Shown here piece by piece: positions 28,701 to 40,700 of a stretch of 64,000 nt of DNA; position 1 is the first letter of the stretch; each line of letters starts with the position of its first letter. A model generated the notes under the pieces. That model saw only the letters and a list, made by a program, of their open reading frames with translations. It did not search any database and had not been told where the DNA came from. Both the position numbers and the translations under genes were made by a program. The stretch is taken from assembly GCA_002633005.1 (NCBI GenBank), contig NMRA01000358.1, positions 1 through 64,000 on the forward strand, written 5' to 3'. The stretch comes from Phoronis australis. Taxonomy: Eukaryota; Animalia; Phoronida.

Positions 28701-31700
28701 AGTCACGCCCCCTGTGGTTGATCATCAAACAGTGGGTTGCTTTTATTCGACCTTTTGCCAATTCTGTTATTGCCAAAGTTATTTCAGTCTGCATTCCAGC
28801 ATTCAAAGCTCATGAAACAAGACCATAAACCCTTTGGTAAGTTATGTTTGTGGTTACACAGTTGTATGACTGAGAGTAGTGTTCACGAAGAACTACTTTC
28901 ACTGACTTGCATGTCAATTTCAAAAGGCCTATAGTGTGTGATTGACATCCATGATTTGCTAGCATTCCGCAAAATTTCTGAGCCTCTATGCAGACTAGTT
29001 ACTCTCTCCAAGACCAACATGTGTTAAAATCAAATTAATTACTGGATAGTCTTTATAACAGGGAAGAGGGGAATATGTGAGAACTAGAGAAAGTGAAACA
29101 CTTTAAGTCACTTCACTTTGGGGAGCTCCTGTGGTTACGCATCGCTGAAATGTTGTCTTTGTAATGTTATCCATCAGTAAATGGTCACCCAATCTTTACC
29201 CAACAGTTTATACTACGTTGATCTGCTGACTACGTATATTGTCTACGCATCATTGTCATCAGGATACAGAAGGTTATTCAGAACTGGTTTTACGCCAACT
29301 GCAATAACAACGTTTCAGGTAGACCATGGCCGCTACAGCTTCTGCACAGTCACTTGCTGGCTTGTATTTCAAATCTGCTTCATTTTCTGTATGCTGTAGA
29401 TTTCATTCGTAAAATATTGTAACAGAGAAATTTAATAGGTGTTTAAATGGCATCAATGCACGCTTGTTGGTAACAAAACTTTTATCACAGACTGCTGAGC
29501 ATTGACCACATGGCATACTACTTCTGGGAACTCTTACTAAAACTTTTCAATGCGAAAATTCTTACAACGCTAAAGTAACCATGCATAGCATTTCATGGCA
29601 GGGTTGTCACTGGCTAGGACTTGATGAGCACCCCTTGCCACAAATTGAATGACCTTTGACACGCAGTATTACATTTGTTCCACTTTAAATATTTGCTTTG
29701 TTTTGCTTACGAATTTAATGCCCGTTACTCACTGCTTATACACTTTAAAATTTAAGATTTATTTTTCATACTTAACATTATAACACAATTTCGTTCCACT
29801 ATGCTTTTCACTCAGTGGCTAGAAATGCTAGATACTCACAAATTGTTTATCTTGTTATTCGTTACTCGGTTTAAAGACAGTTGGAAGATCTTGATCAATA
29901 ACGTACATGTAAGGTCTAATTTCAATATTTTTAATACGGTAAAAATTCTTCCGTTAAGGGCGCAATATGATATAATTATGAATTTAACACCAAAGGAGTC
30001 TGTTCCATTGGATGGTTTGGTAGGGACGTATCCCCAAGTCAGGTGGATATTATGCCCTCTCAAGTATCGCCCCCTATTAACAACCGGGGAATTAAGGGAG
30101 CGAGAGAAGTGTTTTCTCGGATTTTTCATCATTTGATTCTGTCAAGTCTGCTGTTACTTTCAGTTGCCCGTTTTCTTTGGATTTTAGGTGTTCGGTTGTG
30201 AAAGATAAAACCCCTGAATTACTCTGTCTTAAATTTCTTGACAAAAATGAATTTTCAGAAAAAAATTCTTCGTTGTTTACACTGTCTAGTGTTAAATTTT
30301 CATCATACATCGCCAATGTATAGAAACAATCTTAGCAGTAGCTGCAATGATAGAATGCTGTTTTAAAAATATCTTGTAGTAATGTCAAAATTAGCAACAT
30401 TTTGTATTTGTAGCCAAACTGAGCGTTACTTGAAGTGTGACCAGAGATGAAAATGCTCATGTTGAAATTAATTATTATTATTATCATAGCCATTGATATA
30501 CCAGTCAATTTTATTTGCACCTATTCAATTACGGAGTGGAGTTCATCACCCATATTCAGCCATGATCGATGTTGATGGCTGAGTTCTCTATGTCCACATT
30601 TCTATTATCTGACAAAAGTTTTGTGTACTGTTTTGATGAACAAGTTCCACTTCCAAATTCACTAATTTTGATAGAGAAAAGAGATATTGTTACTTCTCTT
30701 TTTCATCTATGACATATCGATCAATTAAATAATCTCTGTGTTGTCGCTGACATCAAGCAATATTTTGAAAAATTGTGTGCATTTGCGACAGTCATAAAAA
30801 TCTCCGAATGGGATAATTTTGTTATTTTTGATAAAAACACTTCTTGAGTTTTTAAATAGATTGAGTGTTGTCCTGTTTTGACTCGGGGAGTTAGTCTGCT
30901 TTGATGGTGTAGTATCCATAGCAACACAAATTTCTTATTATGTTCACTAACTAATTTTTCAGGATTTCTCGCCCATCATTGCGAAGAGCAAGACTCCAGG
31001 TGGCGCTGCTATTCTTGTTAAAGTCGATTTAGAAGGCAAGACATACGTCAAAATCCCCAGAACCCCGGTGAACTTAACCGACGCCTATGATATCGCGACG
31101 TACTCATCGACCAATCAGCCAAGACCTAAAGGTGCATGACTGATTTTCTACAGCACAACAAAATTAATCGGACAAATCTAACCCAGAATTCCTGACCATG
31201 ACTACTGAGGGCAGGCTAACTGTCATCATCAGATAGGCTGAACCCACCAGTCATGAACTCATTGTAATGACGAGTCATGAACTCGTTGAAATGACCAGTC
31301 ATGAACTCGTTGAAATGACCAGTCATGAACTCGTTGGTGGGACATTTTTGATTATTATTAGGCAAATGCTGTCTGCCTGATTTAATGACTCCAAAAATTC
31401 GACCCCCTTGCATTTCAAACTAGACCGATTTTTTCATTCTATGTGTTCATTAAGGTTTGCTGTTAATATGTTGTTATCATGGATAGGACGACATGAGCAT
31501 GTTCCCACTATTCCTACTCCCAGTGTGACTCTTTGTGGCTGTTTTATTTTTTCACCCTTGCCTCTGTGTCTTTGGAGTTCCTTTAGTTAATGGATTTTCA
31601 TGATTTTTGGCAAAATAGGTATCTATTGGTGAGATGACGCCACCTTCTTGTTGGATTTGACATATTTTTCACCACCTAGTGGCCATTCTTACTGTTTTCG

Positions 31701-34700
31701 GTGTCCACATCTCACTCAGCCAAACTACTCTGAGGATCATTTGGAAAATTTACGTGATTGTGACACTGTGTTCCAGCTGTAAAGAGCATGACTGACTATT
31801 ATTATCAGACGTGTCTGACTGCTGTGGCTCCCCCTAGCGACATTTTAATTTTTTTGCGTCTTTGGCTGTAGCTTAGAAACCCTTTGCAGAATATTTGTTA
31901 AATTTGGCAAATATATTTATATGAAAGTGACAACATATGATGACTTTCAGACTTACCTGACTGACGTTGTGCCCCTAATTGGCAATTATTCTGTTTTTCT
32001 CTTTATCTTTGGAGCTCCTTGACGGATTTTCATGAAATTTAGCTGAAAGGTGTCGACTAAAAGTGATGACATTCTGTCATTTTAATATGGATTTAAGGTA
32101 CTGCACGCCATCTAATGGCCATTTAAGGTACTGTACGTCATCCAGTGGCTATTTAAGGTACTGTACACTGTTTAGTGGCCATTTTTATTATTTTCAAGTC
32201 TTATTGTTGGTAATTGCCTCACTGTTGACGTCATCACTCTTAGGATCGTTATGAAAATTGGTATGTGTTCCCTTCCGGAAAGATCATGATTGATGACGAT
32301 TGGGTGGCATCCCCTAGTGATAGTTTTGCTTTTTTGTCTCTGCAGCTGTTTCTCCTAAACTCCTGCAGGATCTTTGTCATTTTTTATTAATAAGTTGGTT
32401 TCTATGAAAGTGACAACTAATAATGACTACTTTCGGACATATGTGACTACTGTTGTGCTCCCTGGTGGTAATATGCATTTTTAAGATTTCTTCTGTATGT
32501 TTGAAACTGTTCCTAAATGGATTTTTTATTGAAATTTGGCAAACAGGTTTCTAGTAAAGGGACAATGCCACCTTCCCATTTTGAGATGGATGTGTCTCAT
32601 TGTACACCACCCGGAGGCCATTTTTACCATTCGCCTCTCTACTGGCCAAACCATTCCCCTCTCTACTGGCCAAACCACCCTAAGGATCATTATGAAAATT
32701 GGGAAATGTGTTTCTTCCAATAAGGTCATGGCAGACTATAATTTTCTGGCAGGTCCGACTGCTATGGCACCCTCCTGTGGCGATTTGTTTTTTCCCTGTG
32801 ATTCGATATCTAGCAAGTACTTTGATCAATGTTCATGAAATTTGCATGACTTGTCTTTATTGAGAAGAGTTCAACTGATGTCGATTGTAGGTCAAATCCC
32901 ACTGATTCAGAGTGCCCTAGCAACAGCTTGTACCCATTTTCGACACCTTTTGGTGCACCCACACACACACACATAGTACATACCCAAACCCTAACCCTAA
33001 CCCTATATATATTATGTGGTTGCATATTGGCGTGCAGTTGTACTTTTGTCTGGTGAAATGTTAACGTGCGTTTTGTCATGTCTCGATTTTTATGACTGGC
33101 AAAATTAAATGGAAACACTAGTCTTTTGCATTTATAGGAAATGAGATGTAATAGATAGTAGTCGTATTGCCTAGACAGCCCTTGGTGTTTCTTTAAATGT
33201 CTGTGTTCTGTTGTCACAACCAGGTTGAGATTTCAACTCACTTACATTATTTAAATTTGTCTTTCCAGGTGACCTGTGTGACAAACCCTACTCGGAGGGT
33301 GGTTGTGAGCAGCTCTGTTTTGGAAAACCTAACAAGAGAACATTTGTGTGCAAGTGTGCGTTTGGCTTGAAACTGGACAAAGACAACCGCACATGTGTCG
33401 CCGGTGAGTGTTGCATTGTTGCAGCTGTCTACTCAGTGTTGTCCAGAGTTTCCAAACTCATTCCAAAGTAACAGTTTTTCATAGTTGTAATTGCCTGTGG
33501 GTTCTGAGGTGGACATGCCGATGGTAACTGAAGTCTTGCTAGTGACATTTAAGTTATTAGTTTCCAGGGTCCAGTTGCATAAAAGTTATACGCTGTATCG
33601 CAACAATGACATCGCATTATCACGCGTCACGTTGTTATTGTTGAACAACGCACCTGACGTCATGCAACAATCAAACTTATCCAGCGGATAACTTTTGAAG
33701 CTTCATGCAACTCAGCCCTGATGTTACAGTGAACTAGTGGCAACCATTTGAATTAGTATTTAACTGTCTAATGTATCCAAGTTGCATGGTCACAAGTTAA
33801 AAACATGTCATGGGCCATATCCAGATGTTATGTAGTTACCATCATGGTGAGTCATAGCAGAATGTTGAGGATACCTTGCGTAGGTTTGATAGTTGTGATA
33901 AGTTTGTTGCTATCTAGGTAATGCTAATCTTTAAATTGATTGAGCTGGTACATTGTTAAACATCTGTCCATATGCATGTTGTTGTACCGAGCATTCCACG
34001 TACATTGTTAAACATCTGTCCACATGCATGTTGTTGTACCGAGCATTCCACGTACATTGTTAAACATCTGTTCACATGCATGTTGTACCGAGCATTCCAC
34101 GTACATTGTTAAACATCTGTTCACATGCATGTTGTTGTACCGAGCATTCCACGTACATTGTTAAACATCTGTTCACATGCATGGTGTTGTACCGAGCATT
34201 CCACGTACATTGTGGTATAATGTAAGCCTGAACACGTAACCGGAGAAAGCTCTACAGGCAGCGCAAGAATGTTATGTACATCCTCTATTTTTTGTCATTT
34301 TAAGCAGTTTTTATATCTGACAGCTGTTCATTAGGCGAAAATTATAAAATAGCCCAACCACCAATTGCAAAACACATGGTGTGTCTGTCCTTTTGAATGC
34401 GTGGACATTTTTGACCTTTATGATGCAAACTAAGCCTGTTGTGATTGAAGTACTCGACGAGTTATCTTGGTTAACGTTGTTGAAAATGTGCAGTATATTC
34501 CTACCTCTAACATGCTTGTGGACCAGGTCAGTTTAAGATCATGGTTAATAAGTTCTAGCAGGTCTGTTGAGTGAGTCTTGTTCCTCAAAACATAATAAAT
34601 TAAATTAAGATTGTGCTTTCTATTATATTCTTGGCAAAGGGGCTTTAGCCTAGAAAACTATCCCACTACTTGTAATGAGTTAACACGTGGTGTTACACAA

Positions 34701-37700
34701 TATGTATATGTACGCAGACTAGATTTACAGCAGTGTATAGCTGTGATCTATTTAGAATGTGTGACTATAGCTAACCTATGTTGCTTTCCAGCTGAACCTA
34801 TGATGAAAGGTGGTTTTCTTCAAGTGTCCAGTGAAACACGAGGAGTGTTCCAGATCAACGTCACGAATCAATCTAAAGTTTCTGGTGTTAAGGTTAGGAT
34901 TATGGGATCCTCTTGTTGTTATTAATCAAATTATTAATCTTTGGCGCCTGTAAACTTAATGTGTAACTTATTTTGAGTTGCACATAACTACAAACAGAAG
35001 GGCAGAAACAGTGAGTTTGACAACATCAACGGAGTAGTCATTGTGTTGCCCACTCTAATTTTGTTGATAACATCACCACTGACTTTGTTGAAGGAGTGAA
35101 CATTTTCTCTGTTTTTAGTGACTAACGTAGTGCTGCAGTACTTATCGAGTGGTGAATGCAAGGTGCAATTTAAAAGCATTCATTCTTGGTCGAACTGATT
35201 TTTTTAATCTGTTAAAATATGCCAGTTGTAAACATTCGTTTTTGCCAACTTGCTGCCTATTAAACAAGGTTTCTGATTGGTTACCTTGTGCAAGGGTTGA
35301 CCTATTTCTCTATAAAGTGAATGCAGTTATCTCCCAACTGCTGTTGCACAGAGAGCGTGCTTTGTAATGCTTAAAGGCAAAGGCAACCCTTTTTCATGTC
35401 ATTTTCAGCAAAAACAAGGTTTGTTGATTATCCTAGACATATTTTTCACTTAATTACAGCTTTTTGTAATTTAATTATTAAGTGCCCTGCCTTTACTCTG
35501 GAAGTGACGTTTTGGTAGGCAAGAATTTTGCGCCAATTTCTTTTCATTTGGTCTGTCTGTGAGAGCTGAAGAGATTGGTCTACCTTAGATGTGATATGTT
35601 CGGTCGTTGTTTGTTTTTATTTATGAGTCAGTCAACATGTCACAGTGTTGCTGCGTCCCGGGATGTACTCATTATCGTCTCACGTGTGCTTTGGGAATAC
35701 CCGGCTTTGCATCGCTTTCCGAAGGATGACACACTTCGCCGTCAGTACTTGGCCCGTTCGGGTAACGCACCATTATCCGTCCATGCACCGTTCGAAGCAG
35801 TGGAGGGTTACGGAGTGTGTGACAACCATTTTCAGTCGTCAGATTACGAGAGGGATATGTACGCTGAATTGATGAAGGTCCCTGCGAAACAACGCCTGAA
35901 GAAGGGTGCCATTACCGTCGCTGTTGATTCCCGGCAGTACTCCGTCGCCACCCCCGACAAATGCGTTTTTAAAGCGAGAAGCCTCTCGAGCTATGGCCAC
36001 TACCATGACTGGAGGCACTCTACTGTCGCCTGTGACTCCGAACGTACAGAGCGTGCAATTCTGGGAACTAGCAGCGATTCGCCCTGTGCTGTTGTCTCTA
36101 GCCCACAGTCTGTAAGCAGCCCTGCAGCGATGCTGAGTAGTGAGAGTGAATGGAGGCCCAGTTCGACACCCAGAGAAGAGGAGAGTTGGTCGTCCAGTGA
36201 ACTGATCGATGAGCCAAACTTTGATAAGTTTATTGTGGACCTGTCTGAGGTGTGGTAGCTACTTCTAGAAGGTGCCATGTGTGTGACGAGAGTCGCACGG
36301 CGGGATGTAAGCAGTTTGGGTGCTCAGTGGAAGTGTGTCGCGGGACACTCAGGCAAGTGGGACAGTTGTGCCTGTGCGTACTCGCGCCTCATTATACTCG
36401 GGCTCAAACATATACCCACCCACTGAATGTTCGTGAAAAGATTCCTCGTCACCACTGCTATGAACAATGTCTCCGTTACTCATGTCACTACTTTCACTGT
36501 GATATGGGTCACCGACTCCAGATTAACACAAACTGAAGAATCCCTAAATCCAACATAATTGACTTCTCTAACAACCTAGCTTGTCGTAAAATACTCGTCG
36601 AGGGGAAGTGGTGATGACAATTTAAAAAACAGCACGAAAACAAAAGTAGTACAGATCGTCACAGTAAATTCAAGGCAGAACTAAAGTCGGGCACGAAATT
36701 CTTGCCTCCCAAAACGTCACTTCCGGAGTAGAGGGGGAGTAATTTAATTAAATTACGAAAAGCTGTAATTTAGTGAAAAATATGTCTGGGATAATCAATA
36801 AACCTTGTTTTTGTTCAAAATGACATGAAAAAAGGTTGCCTTTGCTTTTAATATATAAATTTTCCATGGTAACCATATTGTTTTGAAAAAGGCATCACTC
36901 TGCTTGTACATATTAAACGATTTCAATTGAAACTATTGCTGGCTCTAAATGTTTCAAGTGTTGGGACGCAAGTATAAAAATAATTCAGAACAAAGCTCCG
37001 CAAATGAGCATAGGAAAAAAGGCGCTGGTGGTAGTGTGTGATTCAATACTGCTAATGTGAGTTAATTGTCTGAGAATAGGTGAGCATGCAACCTGTTTCT
37101 TCAGACTAACCCCACCGCCATGATGACAAAAACTGTGTATGATGCAAAACACAATCATATCTACTGGATCGATGGCTTGAATGTGAAGCGGACTGACGCA
37201 AACTATACTACGAAGGTCATCTCAGAAGGTATATGTTATTTTGATGCAATCTCCAGTTTGTTTGAAGGGGTCAATCACATATTGACTGTATGCTGCATGG
37301 TAGGAGTAGTAGACTTGAAACTCTCTAGGTGGAGTTGAGAACAGACTTTATTCTTCTGTATGAGGCAGGCCATTGGTGGGATTAGGCTACCATGTGACAT
37401 TTTCTTCTGTATGAGGCAGGCCATTGGTGGGATTAGGCTACCATGTGACATTTTCTTCTGTATTAAGCTTGTCATTAGTGGGATTAGATTACCATCTGTG
37501 ACATTTTCATGTGTGATCGCGAAGTTCCCCACTTCACTGCTCACATACGTCTCACGGTATTTTGTCCACACATCAAATTGTGAAATTTTCCTCTACCAAC
37601 TTAAACCTCTCATTTGGTTGTTACAGCACGCATCACGAATTTTTGTCTGACTGGTCGTAAATTGGTCGGCAAATTAGCCGACCGGCAGCCGGCCGCAGTG

Positions 37701-40700
37701 CCGACTCATAAGGCGACTCCCCAGCCGACCTTTCAGCCGACCGGCCATCAGCCGACCAGCTGGTCGGCTGCTATTTTAAGGCTAGAGTAGCAGTTGCGTA
37801 ATAGGTTGTCAGGCTGATACCACTCTGCGTGTTTATGCATACTAGTCTTAGCACAGGGTCTAATAAATTAACCTAGTTTTACTGTCTCTGTCACATGAGT
37901 TCACATCGGTTGTGTAACACATTAATTCCAAGGTTGAAGGCAAGCAGTAATATTATTGAATAATGGACAGTGCAACAAGTTTTGGATAAAAAACGTGACT
38001 CGTGACGTTAACAAACTGCATTAGATTGGCTACTTCCCGGTCAATACAACGCTTTAGTAATTTTGTAAACACCGCTATTTTTGACAGTCTTCGCCCACAA
38101 TTGTTTTTTGTTTTTGTTACGCCGAACTGCATCTTTTTGCATTTTTAATATTCTCCACGGGTCTCCTATCACATGCCCATGATGATGGGATAGTGAATGA
38201 GTTGTTGCACCGAAGAGCTCTTACTCCGGAGATTTTGTTTTCACAGTATTAACCCTTGCAGTACAGGCGCGAACTACATCCAGTATGCCCTAAACCCACG
38301 GACTTCGATGGCTCTAACTTCAAAATCATATGGTTACGATTTCCACAAACTTAGGGACATCAAACACGGAATAACCACTGTTGAGGCTACAACCAATTCT
38401 AGCTTTGCGCATTCCGTTTTTAGTGCGTTGGTGACGTTAAAATCTACGCTAGTTACATGTATCAGTTCTTCATTCCCTTTGTTCCAAAAATAAATATTTT
38501 CTGTCAACAACATTTTGACAAATTATGCAAAATAAAACAATTTTGAATGGGAAGATGTGAATACGTGGTGAAGAGGTATTTGTCTCTAGACGGCATATGT
38601 GCGTGAATCTTTGATAAAGCGATTGCGATGTCGAAAAAATGATAGAAAATAAACCAAGGTGCAGAATAATTCTGTGCTCAGCTGTAAGACGACCTACAAC
38701 AATCTTTTGAAACAGCGCTCAATCTTAAAAAAATTCCAGCATGAGAGCGCTTCGTCAGAAATGCGAAGCACATACAGCGTTGTAAGACAGAGACGTTGGC
38801 CTTTCCGTATGTCCACAAAAGTGCTTTGAGCAGTGTGTACAAATCTGTTCATTTCACTTTTCTACAATGACGAATACGGCCAACGCGTTGTTTTAAAAAA
38901 GTCCAGTTTTGAGGGCATTTTCAAAAATTAATATGTTTGGTTGATGCATTCAAAGAGTCCACGTCGTAGGCTACATCAAATGTACACGTGGGCAGAAAAC
39001 GTATCTGCGTACAGAAAGAGTTGCGTTTTCAAAACTTTCAGAGACGTGTGTTGTCAGGACCCTACATTAATAAACTGAGGCCAAGTACAAAGCACGTCTT
39101 TAAAGTTTAGATAAACAAAGTTTACGGCATACTGATTGCAGGGTCAGTGACTCGGAGCACGTTCTTAGGCATACATATATTGTAATATGGGTTGAATTAT
39201 ATGTTATAACTATGAATAGCACGTACATGTACATTAAAGGCTAATGCCACCCGATTTAATTAGTCTTTTTTACCGTCTTAATCGGTCTGGGGCCACATCG
39301 GCTCGTACACGGTCGACCTTATCTTGCCGAGAGGTGTCGCGTTAGCCTGTGAGGAAGGTGAGAAAGTCCGCAGCGACGTCAGTGGTTCGTATGCTGAGTG
39401 AATTCCGCCATGGTGTGGTGTGTCGTTCCTGCCTGTTCGAACTATGAAGGGGCGAGGAAAGCGGGTACATCGTTTTTCCGATTTCATCGAGAGCCCGAAA
39501 TGCTTCGGAAGTGGCTCGCGGCAGTGAAAAATGACAAGTACGGAGTTCATACCAAGTACGAGGCGGTGAAACATCTCCGTGTCTGTGGCCGACATTTCGT
39601 GGACAGTGATTTCACTGACGAATTCCGGGTTGCCAAACAGCTCATACCAGGGCAGAAAAAACAACCGAGGCTGAAGTCAGATGCTGTGCCTAGTGTGTTT
39701 GCGTTCTTCAGGTAGGAAGCAAAGAAACGTGGATCAGTTGTTTCCATTATGGTGTTGTTAGCGCACTGATACCATAAGACGGTTTTCGGAACTATCCATG
39801 TGCTCCATTGTTTGTGCACTTTCACGGCGCCTCTCTAATACTTCTTGATCAGTGTACTCTAGCTGGTTCGAACTGATATCCTGAGAAAACTAACGATCTA
39901 CCTGGGAAGTCTTCGTCAGATGAGTACTCCTCCAAGTCGGGATTGCGAGTTGCCATGTTGACGTTTATTACTCAGTAAGCGTTCCATTTCAAAATGAATT
40001 ATTCTCACCCTAACCAATACTTATATATAAAACTGAAAGAAAGCGCTGTTGTGGGTAAAAACTGACCGAATAAAATCTTCCTTGAGTAATCTAAATTATT
40101 TACCAGCGTTGCAAAAATTGCTTTTCTACAATTATCCTGCTGCTAAAATTGTGGTGTGATCTTTTGCGTCGACTTTCGGCGCAATGAAATATTGCGTCAC
40201 CTATTAGCCAGTTTCTTTTTCCCAGATTCTTCAATCAAACGTTCTCCCTCGAGGTTGCGTAAACTTCACAACAAATGATCAGAATTGGTTTCACTTCAAT
40301 ATATGTTTTTGGAATTTGATATCAGTAAACCGAATTTTAGAACAGATTTTTCTGCGATGTTGTCATCATCTAATGGGAGATGTCGAAAAAATTCTGGAAG
40401 TGGCGCTTGTCACGAATGTACTTCTTTCAAAACGACGACATACATTTCTTTGTTACCTATTCAGAGAATTACGCAAGAAAATGATGTCGGATGTTTTTCG
40501 CTTAAACGGCAGTAACGGGCAAGGTGAATGTCCAATGAGTTTCAGATTTTGCACGCACACCCGCCGGTCTTTAGCTCATGTTGATGCAAGCTTCACGACG
40601 AGGTGACGAGCGTAACTATCCGGGCTGTCTGCAATTTCGAGGTCTGTCGGAGCTCAATACACAGTGTCACCTTGCTGTATTTTCACAATAGTCTTCATAC

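Noticed and set aside
32988-33004. Telomere-like (CCCTAA)n
   Set aside because: Fewer than three full units; common inside interspersed repeats.
33948-34213. CRISPR-like regular repeat
   Set aside because: Head-to-tail units with no unique spacers, in a eukaryotic intron with no cas genes. The same applies to the other arrays.
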